From NCBI GenBank assembly GCA_963782085.1, contig CAWAIL010000024.1, positions 42,480-106,479 of the forward strand: a stretch of DNA of 64,000 nucleotides. The letters run 5' to 3'. Positions within the stretch are counted from its first letter, which is position 1. The number at the start of each line of letters is the position of its first letter. Below, piece by piece: positions 22,762 to 37,228 of the stretch. The stretch comes from an uncultured Acidobacteriaceae bacterium (lineage in GTDB: Bacteria > Acidobacteriota > Terriglobia > Terriglobales > Acidobacteriaceae). The translations under genes and the position numbers were made by a program. Below the pieces are notes generated by a model. That model was given only the letters and a program-made list of their open reading frames with translations, had not been told where the DNA came from and made no database searches.

Positions 22762-23823
22762 ATGAATTCACCTAGCCGTTGGTTGCTTGCCTTAGGTCTT
22801 GCCATATTGACTAATTGCGGATTCGCGCAGTCGACGCCGAATCCCTCGCTGCTGGTCCTCTCAAAGCAGGATCATTCGCTTGCGATCGTCGATCCAAATA
22901 CTTTGAAGGTTGTTGCGCGCGTTCCGGTGGGAAATGATCCTCACGAAGTGATTGCGTCGTCTGACGGCAAGACGGCTTATGTTTCGAATTACGGATTCGG
23001 CGCTTACCATACGCTTGCGGTCGTCGACCTGATCGCGCAAAAGGCGCTTCCAGCGATCGAACTCGGTGCGCTGAAGGGTCCGCACGGGTTGGCTTTTCGC
23101 GATGGAAAGGTCTGGTTCACTGCCGAGGCTGCCAAAGCCATCGGCAGCTACGAACCATCGTCAGGCCAAATCGACTGGATCATGGGAATGGGCCAGAATC
23201 GCACACACATGCTGTTCGTATTTCCGGGGGCAAAGCGGATTCTGACGACGAACGTGAACTCCGGCACGGTGACAATCCTGGAGAACACCGAGGGTCAGAC
23301 TCCGATGACTCCTCCGCCTGGAGCTGTCCCGCCGCCGATCGGAGTTCGGCCGCCAGGCCCGCCGATACCGCAAGGAGGCGATTGGCAGGAGACCGTGGTT
23401 CCGGTGGGCCGCGGCTCCGAAGGCTTCGATGTTTCTCCCGATGGCAAAGAGGCCTGGGTTGCAAACGCGGGCGACGGCACGATTTCGATCATCGACATTT
23501 CCGCAAAGCGAGTGATCGAGACGCTCTCAGCCAACGTGCCAGGCGCCAACCGGCTGAAGTTCACGCCTGACGGCAAGATGGTGCTGGTATCTGCCGGCCC
23601 TGATTTTGTGATTCTCGATTCGGCGACGCGGAAAGAGATCAAGAGGCTGAAGACCGGCCGAGGTTCTGGCGGTGTTCTCGTCACACCCGACGGGCTGCGA
23701 GCATTCGAGGCGTGCAGCCCAGACAACTATGTCGCTGTCATCGACATGAAAACGCTTGAGGTGGTTGGTCACATCGACTCGGGCGGAAATCCGGACGGAA
23801 TGGCGTGGGCTGTGCAGCAATAG
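22762..23823 (+). CDS. Secreted YncE/YVTN beta-propeller protein
   Basis: Signal peptide; VPVGNDPHE, VGRGSEGFDVSPDGKEAWVAN; internal Pro-rich loop. Confidence 0.85.
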   Translation: MNSPSRWLLALGLAILTNCGFAQSTPNPSLLVLSKQDHSLAIVDPNTLKVVARVPVGNDPHEVIASSDGKTAYVSNYGFGAYHTLAVVDLIAQKALPAIELGALKGPHGLAFRDGKVWFTAEAAKAIGSYEPSSGQIDWIMGMGQNRTHMLFVFPGAKRILTTNVNSGTVTILENTEGQTPMTPPPGAVPPPIGVRPPGPPIPQGGDWQETVVPVGRGSEGFDVSPDGKEAWVANAGDGTISIIDISAKRVIETLSANVPGANRLKFTPDGKMVLVSAGPDFVILDSATRKEIKRLKTGRGSGGVLVTPDGLRAFEACSPDNYVAVIDMKTLEVVGHIDSGGNPDGMAWAVQQ

Positions 23824-23876
23824 CTGGCCGGGTCAGCTGGGAGACGGTGGCTCGACGGCGAGCAGCAGACGATCAG

Positions 23877-25001
<1,125 letters not shown>

Positions 25002-25031
25002 TGATCCATGAAGTGCATTTCTGATTCGGAC

Positions 25032-26194
<1,163 letters not shown>

Positions 26195-26319
26195 CTGGAA
26201 TGACTCCTGATTTAAATTGTACGGGGAATCGGGCTGCAGCGCGAATCGGACGAGCATCACAAAGGTGGGCCAATTAGAATTCGAGATACGCGGCGGGAAA
26301 GTGGTTAGAGCGAGGGCGG

Positions 26320-27264
26320 ATGGCGGAAATTAGGCAGCGGAAGCGGGCGGCGAAGGCGACAGAAGCGCCACGGATTCTTATTGTAGGCAAAAATGGCCAG
26401 CTCGGACTGGAATTAGAGAAGGCTTTTGCCGGGTTCGGGACTGCGACAGCGGTTGGACGAGAGACGATTGATCTTTCCGATGCGGCGCAAATCCGTGAGC
26501 TGGTGCGCAGTGCGGAGCCAGATGTGATTTTGAATGCTGCAGCGTATACGGCGGTCGATCGCGCGGAAACGGAGAGCGATCTGGCGCTTGCGATCAACAG
26601 TCGAGCGCCGCGGGTTCTGGCTGAAGAGGCGAAGAAGCGCGGGGCACTGCTGGTTCACTACTCGACGGACTATGTATTTGATGGCAAGAAGCAAGGGCCG
26701 TGGATTGAATCCGACGCTCCCTTGCCGCTGAATATTTATGGCGCGAGCAAGTTGGCGGGGGAGCAGGCGCTTGAGGAAGTTGGCGGGAATTATCTGATTT
26801 TTCGGACGAGCTGGGTCTATGGGCCGCATGGGAAGAACTTTCTTTCTACAATGTTGCGACTCGCGAAAGAGAAAGACAGCTTATCGGTCGTGGATGACCA
26901 GATTGGCGCGCCGACTACGTCGATTGAGCTGGGGCGGGCGACGCATGCAATCGTAACCGGTTTGCTGGCCGATCGATTTGGCAGTTTGCAGGAGTGTTCG
27001 GGAATCTACCATATGACGTGCGCGGGCTCGACGTCGTGGTTCGGATTTGCGCAGGCGATTTTCGCAAAGGCAGGAAAGTTGATTGGAGGCAAGTCGCCGA
27101 AGCTGAATGCGATTTCGACGAAGGACTATCCGACTCCCGCGACTCGTCCGCTGAATTCTGTGCTTTCAAATGCCAAGCTTCATGCGCGATTTGGCGTGAA
27201 GCTTGCTGGATGGGAGACGGCGCTTAACCAGGTGATGAAAAGGCTCAAGGCCCAGAGCAAGTGA
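26320..27264 (+). CDS. rfbD: dTDP-4-dehydrorhamnose reductase
   Basis: GKNGQLG, NAAAYTAVDRAE, STDYVFDG, YGASK, RTSWVY, DQIGAPT. Confidence 0.95.
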   Translation: MAEIRQRKRAAKATEAPRILIVGKNGQLGLELEKAFAGFGTATAVGRETIDLSDAAQIRELVRSAEPDVILNAAAYTAVDRAETESDLALAINSRAPRVLAEEAKKRGALLVHYSTDYVFDGKKQGPWIESDAPLPLNIYGASKLAGEQALEEVGGNYLIFRTSWVYGPHGKNFLSTMLRLAKEKDSLSVVDDQIGAPTTSIELGRATHAIVTGLLADRFGSLQECSGIYHMTCAGSTSWFGFAQAIFAKAGKLIGGKSPKLNAISTKDYPTPATRPLNSVLSNAKLHARFGVKLAGWETALNQVMKRLKAQSK

Positions 27265-27283
27265 AGGTCGGAGGCGTTTTTCG

Positions 27284-28066
27284 ATGAAGGATTTTGAAAA
27301 TCGGGTTGCAATTGTTACCGGAACCACGGGCATCGGCCGCGCGATTGCGTGGCGGTTGGCTGTTGGCGGATGCAAGGTTGTTGCCTGCGGCATTGAGGAC
27401 GCAGCGAATCACGAGCTGAAGAGCGAAGCCGCGAAAAGCGGACTTGCAATGCGGGTCGAGCGCTGCGACGTGAGCCAGGCAGAGCAAGTGCGAGGAGTAG
27501 TTGCGACAACTGTCGCTGGATTTGGCGGGCTCGACATTCTTGTGAATGCAGCGGCGATCCACCCATTTGGCGATGCGGTCGAGACCGATCCGGAGACTTG
27601 GAATCGCTGCATGACGGTGAATGTGGGAGGGGCCTATCTGCTGGCGCATTTCGGCATTCCGGAGATGCGGAAGCGCGGCGGCGGCTCAATTTTGAATATT
27701 TCTTCCGTACAAGGGCGAGCGTGCCAAAAAGGTGTGGCAGCATACGCCACAACGAAAGGCGCACTGCACAGCCTGACGCGTGCGCTCGCGCTCGATCACG
27801 CAGTGGATCAAATTCGCGTGAATTCGATCAGCCCTGGAAGCATTCGCACGCCGATGCTGGCACGGTCAGCTGCGCACTTTGGAGCCGACCTCCCAGTGGA
27901 GGAAATCTTTGAACGCTTTGGCGCGGCGCACCCACTCAAGCGTATTGGAACGCCGGAAGAAGTGGCCGAGCTCGCGGCTTTTCTGGTTTCAGATAAAGCA
28001 GGATTCTGCACAGGTGGAGATTACTTGATTGATGGCGGATTGCTTGCCGGCATCGGTGTGCAGTGA
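27284..28066 (+). CDS. SDR family oxidoreductase
   Basis: TGTTGIG, NAA, SSVQ, YATTK, RVNSISPG. Confidence 0.92.
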   Translation: MKDFENRVAIVTGTTGIGRAIAWRLAVGGCKVVACGIEDAANHELKSEAAKSGLAMRVERCDVSQAEQVRGVVATTVAGFGGLDILVNAAAIHPFGDAVETDPETWNRCMTVNVGGAYLLAHFGIPEMRKRGGGSILNISSVQGRACQKGVAAYATTKGALHSLTRALALDHAVDQIRVNSISPGSIRTPMLARSAAHFGADLPVEEIFERFGAAHPLKRIGTPEEVAELAAFLVSDKAGFCTGGDYLIDGGLLAGIGVQ

Positions 28067-28974
28067 TCGGCGATCCTGTTTGTGTTGCACAAACCGGCGA
28101 TGCATGCGGGGAAGGCGCCGTGTGGCATGCAGCCCATCAAGCGCTCTACTGGACCGACATCAACCGGTTTCTGATTCACCGTTACTTTCCGGCGAACGGC
28201 GATGTGCGGACGTGGAAGTTCGATGAGCCGGTCACAGCTCTCACGCTTACTGAAAAGGCGGATACGATTGTCGTCGTGCTCGGTTCAAGCGTCATTGTTT
28301 GGGAACCGGAAACTGACGCTCGCAGCAAGCCGATTTTGCAGCTCGATGGTTGGCCGAAGGTACGATACAACGATGCGCGCGCCGATCCGAGAGGCTCGCT
28401 TTGGGTTGGATCGATGCTGAACAATGTCAATCCTGATGGCTCAGTGCATGAGATTAAAGGGAACGATGGCGAACTCCTTCGTCTCGATCCTGATGGCGAA
28501 GTGACAGTTTGGCGGCGTGGGATCGGAATTTCGAACACGGTCGCGTGGAGCCCGGATAAACGAAAATTCTATTTTGCCGATTCACTTGCCAACATTATCT
28601 GGGTTTACGATTACGATCCTGAAAGTGGCAGTATCGCGAACGAAAGGCCTTTTCTGAAGGATTTCCCGCGCGGATTGCCGGACGGATCGACAGTAGATTC
28701 CAAAGGCTATTTGTGGAACTGCCGTTTTTACGGCGGATGCATTGTGCGCGTAGCGCCTGACGGAACAATCGATCGAATCGTGGAAATGCCTGTGCGCAAC
28801 CCAACCACGTGTACATTCGGCGGGGATGAACTGAAGACGCTCTATGTAACAAGCGCCGGCAGCGACGGTTCACCTGAAGATCGGTTTGCCGGCGGACTCT
28901 ACGCGATAACAACGGATGTGGCCGGCCAGCAGGAAAACAAGTATCGAGATCGAGAGCCATCCAGCAGGATCTGA
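28063..28974 (+). CDS. SMP-30/gluconolactonase family protein
   Basis: GEGAVW, RYNDA, ISNTVAWSPD, PDGSTVD, TCTFGG; overlaps the SDR stop codon (GTGA). Confidence 0.92.
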   Translation: MIGDPVCVAQTGDACGEGAVWHAAHQALYWTDINRFLIHRYFPANGDVRTWKFDEPVTALTLTEKADTIVVVLGSSVIVWEPETDARSKPILQLDGWPKVRYNDARADPRGSLWVGSMLNNVNPDGSVHEIKGNDGELLRLDPDGEVTVWRRGIGISNTVAWSPDKRKFYFADSLANIIWVYDYDPESGSIANERPFLKDFPRGLPDGSTVDSKGYLWNCRFYGGCIVRVAPDGTIDRIVEMPVRNPTTCTFGGDELKTLYVTSAGSDGSPEDRFAGGLYAITTDVAGQQENKYRDREPSSRI

Positions 28975-28982
28975 TTGCGGCT

Positions 28983-30054
28983 TCAGTTGCCGGGTTCTCT
29001 CAGATACATCTCCAGCAGCATCCGCGCCGCACGAAAGGATGTGGTCCGTCCGGCGACTACTTCGTGCTCCAGCGCTTCAAGGCTATGGCGTACTAATGGG
29101 TGCACGTCGAACCTCTGCTTCAGTGCCTGCTCGATCATCTCGTGCATCCATCGCTTCTGTTGCTCGCGGCGTGCGCGTGCAAACCACCCGTTTGACTCGC
29201 GTCAATTTCACGTACTCCAGAACGCACTCCCACAACTCGTGAGATGCCGGTGCCCGTGTGTGCCGAGCAGGTCAGATCGCGCGTGGTGTCCAGCCTGACT
29301 CGGCGGCGGGAAAATAGTGCAGCGCATTTTGCGCCTCGGTGCGCGCGTGCTGCGCAGCAGCTCGTGTTTGCGCCGTCGGCCTTGTTCACGGCAACCAGAT
29401 CGGCCAGCTCCATCACGCCGCGTTTGATCCCCTGCAGCTCATCGCCCGCTCCGGCCAGCGTGATCAGCAGAAAGAAGTCCACCATCTCGTGCACCGCGGT
29501 CTCTGACTGGCCCACGCCGACGGTCTCAACCAGAATGTTCTGATATCCCGCCGCCTCGCACAGCAGCATCGCCTCGCGCGTTCGCTGCGCCACGCCGCCC
29601 GGCCATGCCGCGCGAGGGCGACGGCCGGATGAATGCCATCTCGCTCGCGGCCAGCGTCGTCATCCGCGTCTTGTCGCCCAGGATGCTGCCGCCCGAAATC
29701 TGGCTGCTCGGATCGATCGCCAGCACCGCGACTTTTTGTCTTTTGCTCTGCGATCAGAAATCTGCCCAGCGCTTCAATCAGGCTGCTTTTGCCTGCGCCG
29801 GGCACGCCGGTGATGCCCACGCGAATTGAATTGCCGCTGTGCGGCAGGCAATCTTCCACAATCTGCTCGGCCAGCTCGCGATCCGCGCTCGCGCGCGCTC
29901 TCGATCAAGCGTGACGGCGCGCGCAAGCATCGCGCGGTCGCCGCGCAGGATGCCGTCGTGATATTCCTCGCGTGAGAGCGGCGCGCGCTCTCTTTGCCAG
30001 CTGCGGCGCCTCCGGCGTCTCGCATCCCGGCAGTTCGCGCAGCGCGCTCTTCAT
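28983..30054 (-). CDS. meaB: Methylmalonyl-CoA mutase-associated GTPase (frameshifted)
   Basis: [51 protein letters not shown]. Confidence 0.93.
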
Positions 30055-30059
30055 GGCGT

Positions 30060-32229
30060 TCACCTCTCCATGCCAGTCAGCGGCGACGCTGGCACTAGCA
30101 TCTCCAGAATCTTTTGCGCCGCCATGGGGATCACCGTGCCCGGCCCGTAGATTCCCGCCACGCCCGCGTCATACAGGAACTCGTAGTCCTGCGGCGGAAT
30201 CACGCCGCCCACCACGACGAGAATGTCGTCGCGGCCCAGCGCGCGCAGCTCGTGAATCAGTTGCGGCACCAGCGTCTTGTGCCCCGCGGCCAGGCTCGAT
30301 ACGCCCACCACGTGCACGTCGCTATCGATGGCAAATCGCGCCACTTCGCGCGGCGTCTGGAAGAGCGGCCCATGTCCACATCGAATCCGATGTCGGCAAA
30401 CGCCGTCGCAATCACTTTCGCGCCGCGGTCGTGCCCATCCTGGCCCATCTTCGCCACCAGAATGCGCGGCCGCCGTCCCTCTTCGTGCTCAAACTCCTCC
30501 ACCATCCGCCGCGCCTTCTTGAACTCCTCGCCATTGGCGCTCTCTGCGGAGTAGACGCCGGCGATGGTGCGCGTTGTGGCTTCATACGGCCCCACACATT
30601 TTCGAGAGCCGAGGAAATCTCGCCCAGCGTCGCGCGTTTCCGCGCCGCATCAACCGCGCACTCCAGCAGATTGCCCTCGCCGCTTCGCAGCGCAACGTTC
30701 CAGCCGCTCCAGCGATTCGCGCACTGCGCTTGCGTTGCGCTCGCGTCTTCAATTCGCTCGAGCCGCTTGATCTGTGCCATCGCGCACCGCATCGTTGTCG
30801 ATGTCGAGCACCGGAATCTCCGGCTCTTCGGTCGCTATGATACGCATTCACGCCCACAATCACGTCGCGGCCCGAATCGATGGCCGCCTGCCTGCGCGCG
30901 GCTGCTTCTTCAATGCGCATCTTGGGCAGACCCGTTTCGATCGCTTTCGCCATTCCGCCCAGCCTCTCAATCTCCTGGATCAGATCCCACGCGGCGTGCA
31001 TAAGCTCGTGCGTCAGCCGCTCCACGTAATACGATCCCGCCCACGGATCGACCACATGCGTGATGCCGGTTTCCAGTCTGCAGATAAAGCTGCGTGTTGC
31101 GCGCGATGCGCGCAGAAAAATCGGTCGGCAGCGCCAGCGCTTCGTCCAGCGCATTGGTATGCAGCGATTGCGTGGCTCCGAAGGCCGCGGCCATCGCTTC
31201 AACGCAGGTGCGCACCACGTTGTTGTACGGATCCTGCGCCGTCAGGCTCCATCCTGAAGTCTGCGAGTGTGCGCGCAGCGCCAGCGATTTCGGGTTCTTT
31301 GCGCCGAAGCTCTTCACGATTTTCGCCCACAACATGCGTGCCGCGCGCATCTTGGCAATCTCCATGAAGTGGTTCATGCCGATGCCCCAGAAGAACGAGA
31401 TCCGCGGCGCAAACGTCATCGACATCGAGGCCTGCGGCTATCCCGGTGCGCAGGTACTCCAGCCCATCAGCCAGCGTGTAGGCCAGTTCGAGATCCGCCG
31501 TCGCGCCCGCCTCCTGCATGTGATATCCGCTCACGCTGATGCAGTTGAACTTCGGCATCTTCGCCGCGCAGTAGCGGAAAATGTCGCCGATGATCCGCAT
31601 CGATCCCGCGGGCGGATAGATGTACGTGTTGCGGACCATGAACTCCTTCAGGATGTCGTTCTGAATGGTCCCGCTCAGCTGCTTCCGGCGCCACGCCCTG
31701 TTCTTCGGCGGCGACAATATAGAACGCCATGATCGGCAGCACCGCGCCGTTCATGGTCATCGAAACCGACATCTGATCCAGCGGGATGCGGCGAAACAGG
31801 ATCTTCATGTCGAGGATGGAGTCGATGGCCACGCCCGCCTTGCCCACGTCGCCCGCGACGCGCTCATGGTCGGAATCGTAGCCGCGGTGCGTGGCCAGAT
31901 CGAATGCCACTGAAAGTCCGCGCTGCCCGGCCGCAAGATTGCGTCGGTAAAACGCATTCGATTCTTCTGCCGTTGAGAATCCCGCGTATTGCCGGATCGT
32001 CCACGGCCGCATCGCATACATCGTGGCGTAGGGGCCGCGCAGATAAGGGGGAATCCCGGCCGCGTAGTTCGAGGTGCTCCAGTCCTGCCAGATCCTCGCG
32101 CGTATAGAAACTCTTGATCGCGATGTGTTCGGGCGAAAGCCACTCGGCGGCAGCCGGTGCCCCGCTGGCTGGGCTCGCCGGCTCCCAGTCGAGCTTCGTG
32201 AAATCGATTTTTGCAAAATCTGGCCGCAT
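30060..32229 (-). CDS. mutB: Methylmalonyl-CoA mutase, large (B12-binding) subunit (frameshifted)
   Basis: [60 protein letters not shown]. Confidence 0.95.
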
Positions 32230-32231
32230 GA

Positions 32232-34015
32232 TTAATCCTTGATTCCCAAACGTTCCTGCCACTTCGTCAAGACTTCCAGCGGATTGCTGCGCACGTGCAT
32301 AAAATCTGCGCAACTCCAGCTGCGCGCAAGCTCTTCCGCGTTCTCAGGATTTCCCGCCACGATCACCGGCGTTTTGCGGCGTAGTGCTTGCAGCTTCGGC
32401 ATCAGATCTGCCACAATCGCCGTCATATTCTTCGTCGGCGCTGCAGAGGACGATCAGGTCAGCCTCGACGCCGGCAATTTCTTCCGCTTTCTTGAATCGT
32501 TTTGCAAAGTTTCAAATCCGGCGCAGGCAAAGAAATTCGCTGCGAAATTCGAGCGCGCCGCGCGCATTTTATCATCGCCGATCTCCGCAAGCAGCACGCG
32601 CGGTGCGTGTTCTCCTGCTGCGGCATGCCGCTCGGTGCGCAGGCGCAACTCCTCATAGTGCGAGCGTTCCGCGCGCGGTCTCGGCACTCATTCGCTCGCT
32701 TCGATCGGCGCGCTCCAGCGCCTGCTCTGCGGGGTTCGCGAATTGATTTGTTCCCACGAAAACACGCGCGACGCCGGCGCAACGGCCATTCTCGCGCGCC
32801 GCCGATCGATTGCTGGAGCAACCGCGGCAATCGTCGCCATCCGCTTGCGCCTTCCGGTAGCCGCCGCGCGCCTCGATCTCCTGCATGAGCTTCCAGCCCT
32901 CGCGCGCGAGCAAATCGGTAATAGTCTCGAGATAATACGATCCGCCGGCCAGCATCGGCCACGCGGCCCAGCCACGCTTCGTGCTTCAGCAGGAGCTGCG
33001 TATTGCGCGCCAGCCGCCGGCTGGCCTCATCCGGCTGACTTGTAGCATGCGTCGAAGGGCGCGACAATCGACAGAGTCTGCGCCGCCGAGAACCGCGGCC
33101 ATGGCTTCGGTGGTGGCGCGCAAAATATTGACGTGCGGATCGTAGAGAGTCTTGTTCCACGCGAAGTGCGCGCGGCGATTTGCGCGCGGGATGCTTCCGG
33201 TGAGATGCCGCCAAAGCTATCCGCAACGCGCGGCCCACACCATGCGAAATGCGCGCAGCTTGGCAATCTGAAAGAAGTAGTTCGCGCCGATGGCGAAGCT
33301 GAATTCGATTGCGGCGGCGGCGCGGCTTAGATCGACGCCGCGATCCTGCATGGCGGCAAGAAAATCGATGCCCGCGGCAAGCGCGAGGCCGATTTCTTCC
33401 GCCGCGGTCGCGCCCGCGTCTTCGAATGCATCGCCGTGAATGGTGAACGGCACAAAGCCCTCGGGCGCGGCAGCGACAATGCGCGGCTGCAAACTCGAAG
33501 TTGGCCATTGCGCATCGCATCCAGTGGAAACGCGCGGCGTGTGCGGGTGCGCCTTGAGGTGCTCGATCAAAAGCTGCACCAGCTGCTTCATCGGCGCGAC
33601 TGCAAAATGGACCGGGACCTCGACCAGATTTGCGAGCAGCAGTTCGAAGTCGGCAAGCTTTGCGAAGTGGAACAGAGGCGAATGCAATTCCTTCGGCGCC
33701 GGCGGCAACCGCTGCGCAGGGCGGTTTGCGTTCGCGGATTCAACTCGGTCGCGTCGATTTCTTCGCGGATCGGCCAGTCGCCCGTCGACGCGTGCCGCAC
33801 GCCGAAAAGGGAAATACGCCGGGGGCCGCATCCAGGCACGGCGATCTTCTTCAGGTCTTCTGCGCGATAATAGGGCTTAACCGCCAGCCCCTCTTCGCTT
33901 CGCCAGATCAATCGTTTCTCGTAGTCGGCGCCCTTCAGATCGCGCGCAATTGCGGCTTCCCACTCCGCCGTGCTGACCGGAGGGAACTCGTCGAAGCAGA
34001 TGTTCCGTTAGCCAT
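32232..34015 (-). CDS. mutA: Methylmalonyl-CoA mutase small subunit (frameshifted)
   Basis: EFPPVSTAEWE..DLKG, KPYY, FFQIAKLRA, GGSYYLE, FVGTNQFAN, ARSNFAANFF; lacks the DxHxxG motif. Confidence 0.85.
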
Positions 34016-34023
34016 GCCTTCTG

Positions 34024-34502
34024 TCATTTGCCCTCGGGGTCTTCCACCATCTCCAACAGAACTCCAAATGGATGGTCGGCTCGCGACTTGGGATGAACAA
34101 AAAAGACGGTCGTTCCTCGCGAACCTTTGCGCGGAGCTTTGTCGATAAGTTGAAAACCCTCAGTCCTGCATCGCATCGAAGGCGCGCTGCGCGCTGTCAA
34201 CGCGAAAAGCCACATGGGCCAATCCGCCGCGCCCGCCGTTTTTGTCGATGAGCTTCTGAACCGGCGAGTCGGGAGAAAGCGGCTCCAGCAGCTGAATCAG
34301 ATTCGGTCCGTCGCCAATTTCAAGCAGCGCCTCGCGCACTTGGTCGGTTCCGCGCACTTCTTCGCGATGAATCTCTCTGAATCCCAGGGATTTCGTATGC
34401 ATTGACCTGGCCTTCAAGCTCACCCTGCTTCACCGCGATCGCCACGTGGTCAACGAATTTGATCCCAGGAACGTGCCCCAGCTCGCCTTGCTCCGCAATC
34501 AT
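34024..34502 (-). CDS. mce: Methylmalonyl-CoA epimerase (frameshifted)
   Basis: DHVAIAV, IQLLEPL, GLAHVAFRVD, FVHPK, GVLLE; position in the operon. Confidence 0.88.
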
Positions 34503-34543
34503 CCGCTTTCCTTCTTTACTCTGTAATGCCTAATTTATCGCGG

Positions 34544-34921
34544 TTATTCAAGTTCGGCGAGGATTTGATTTTGTTTGACTGGGTCGCCCTGGGCGACGTG
34601 GATGCTCTTCACGATTCCCGCATGCGGGGCGGCGATGTTGGTTTCCATCTTCATTGCCTCAAGCATCAGCAGCACTTCCCCAGCTTCCACCTGCTGGCCA
34701 GGTTTCGCGTTTACTTTGATCACCAGGCCCATCAAGGGGCTGCGGGCGATTTTGTTGTCGCTGTCCCATGCGCTGTTGTGGGCTGGCGGATGCGCGCTGA
34801 CGGATGCGTAGTTTGCGGTACGATGAGGGGTTTGAGGCGGAGCCTCGGGGCCATCGTCTTCTTCGACGACCTCGACATCAACCTCGTATGCCTTGCCGTC
34901 GATTGTGATCCGGAGCTTCAA
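34544..34921 (-). CDS. Biotin carboxyl carrier protein (transcarboxylase 1.3S/MmdC-like)
   Basis: MKLRITIDGKAYEVDVE N-terminus; EAMKME biotinylation motif. Confidence 0.9.
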   Translation of the reverse strand: MKLRITIDGKAYEVDVEVVEEDDGPEAPPQTPHRTANYASVSAHPPAHNSAWDSDNKIARSPLMGLVIKVNAKPGQQVEAGEVLLMLEAMKMETNIAAPHAGIVKSIHVAQGDPVKQNQILAELE

Positions 34922-34954
34922 CGTCAGATGCCTTTCCAGAGGAATTGTGATGGA

Positions 34955-35399
34955 TTAAGCTCTCGGCCGAGGTGTGTGAGATGTCTGCACGATGACTCGC
35001 CCCTGCTGTGCCCAGGCGCCCGCCGCGTTCTCCGCCGGCTGAGCGTGTGCAGCGCGAATTTGCGCTTTCTTCCCAAGAAAAGTCGTTGCGGCTGCCGTGA
35101 TGACAGCCAAAGTTTCCGGCTGCAACGGCTCCGATTCGGGTTCGGAGGTTTCCGCCGATGCGCTATTGTTTACGTTGTCGGTCTTCGGCGGCGACTTTGA
35201 TTCTCCAGTGGACATCTCATCGATGCGTCGATGAAGCGTCTCCATGCCGGCGGCAAGTGCGCCGAGGCTTTGGTCGAATTTCATTTGCCGTTCGGCAACA
35301 GCCTTATGCAACGCGCGCAGGAATGCGGATATAAACCAACGTGCAGCCGGCAGCGGTTAGCCCGGTCGCGAGCAGGACGTCGGACCAATTCATTTTCAT
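34955..35399 (-). CDS. Small accessory subunit (OadG/MmdD/epsilon-like) of the carboxyltransferase complex (probable frameshift near 35320)
   Basis: N-terminal hydrophobic segment; ETLAVITAAATTFLG and AWAQQGR motifs; lies between the carboxyltransferase and BCCP genes. Confidence 0.6.
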
Positions 35400-35412
35400 G
35401 CGTTGCCACCTT

Positions 35413-36991
35413 TCAGAGCGGAATCAGCCCGTGCTTTTTCTGCGGCCGCAGCTCGCGCTTGCCGTGCAGCGATTCAAGCGCCCGCGCCAGATACCTCCGC
35501 GTCTCCGCTGGCTCAATGATGTCGTCCACCAGCCGTCGCCCCGCCGCCACATAAGGATTCGAAAACGTGTCGCGGTACTCGTCGACCATTTCCTTGCGCC
35601 GCGCAGCTTTGTCCTCGGCCGCGTCAATCTCCTCGCCGGAACACAATCTCCGCCGCGCCCTCGGCGCCCATCACCGCAATCTCCGCCGTCGGCCACGCCA
35701 CCACGCGGTCCGCGCCCAGACCCTTCGAGCACATGGCAATGTACGCGCCGCCATACGCCTTGCGCAGAACCACCGTGATCTTCGGCACCGTCGCCGCCGA
35801 ATAGGCAAACAGCAGCTTCGCTCCATGCCGGATGATTCCGCCGCGCTCCTGCTCCACGCCCGGCAAGAATCCCGGCACATCCACAAACGTCAGCAGCGGA
35901 ATGTTGAACGCATTGCAGAAGCGCACAAACCGCGCCGACTTGTCTGACGCATCGATGTCGAGCGCGCCGGCCAGCACGCACGGCTGGTTGGCAACGATTC
36001 CCACGGGTCGTCCCTGCAAGCCGTCCAAACCCGATCACGATGTTCGCGGCAAACTCCGGCTGAATCTCAAGAAAATCCTCGTTGTCCACCACGCGCACAA
36101 TCACGTCGCGCACGTCGTAGGCCACCTTGGGGTCGGCGGGAACAACGTCGTTCATCTCGGAGTCGGCCTTCAATTCGCCCGTTGAAAGGCAGCCGCGGCG
36201 GATCTTCAAGATTGTTCGCAGGCAAAAAGCTCAGCAGCCGCCGGCAAAGCTGCAATCGCCTCGTCGTCGTCGCGCGCAATCAGGTGCACCACGCCGGAGT
36301 AGTGCATCTGCGACTGCGGGCCGCCCAGATCCTCGGCGCTCACCTCTTCGCCCGTCACCTGCTTGATGACCTGCGGTCCGGTAATGAACATGCGCGCCTG
36401 CTCGGTCTGGATCACGAAATCCGTGAGCGCCGGACTATACGCCGCGCCGCCCGCGCATGGCCCGCAGATCAGCGAGATCTGCGGCACCGTTCCCGAGAGC
36501 ATCACGTTGTGATAGAAAACCCGCGCATATCCGGCCAGGCTGTCGATGCCTTCCTGCACGCGCGCGCCGCCCGAGTCGTTGATAAAGATGAAGGGGCTGC
36601 CGGTCTTCAGGCTCATGGCCATCATCTCGGCCACTTTGTTGCAGTGCGTCTCGCCCGCCGCGCCGCCGGCCACGGTAAAGTCCTGGCTCGCCAGGTGCAC
36701 CAGCCGGCCATCGATGGTCGCGCATCCGGTCACCACTCCATCGGCAGGCAGTTCTTTGTCGGCCATTCCGAAATACGTCGCCCGATGCCGCGCAAACAGC
36801 CCGATCTCTTCAAAGCTGTCTCGATCCACCAGCCGCTCCACGCGTTCGCGCGCCGACAGCTTGCCGGTTGCGTGCTGGCGCTCAATGCGATCTTTGCCGC
36901 CGCCGAGTTCCAGCTCGGCGCGCTTCGCCTCAAGCTCGGCAATCTTGTCGCCAATCGTTTTCTTCTTTTCGACCTCTTCGCCGGTGATCAT
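35413..36991 (-). CDS. Acyl-CoA carboxyltransferase, methylmalonyl-CoA carboxyltransferase 12S-like (frameshifted)
   Basis: [74 protein letters not shown]. Confidence 0.92.
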
Positions 36992-37228
36992 TTACGCTCC
37001 TGGGGCAAACATGGGCGTTAGAGAACGCGCCCGAACGACCCGCCGTTCGTGCTTTGGTTCGAACTTGATTGACTGGGGTCATTCTAGGGCGCAAGGCGAG
37101 GGCAGCGATGTGATCAAGTTCACTCAACATGCGCGGGAAAATATGCCTGTTTTCAGCAAGTTGAGTGACTTCGACGGGTAGCCGAGGTGAGAAGGCGATA
37201 GGTGCCGAGTGGAGACGTGATCCACGGG

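Noticed and set aside
36992-37228. Cobalamin riboswitch upstream of the mutase operon
   Set aside because: No B12-box or GCCACTG consensus was seen.
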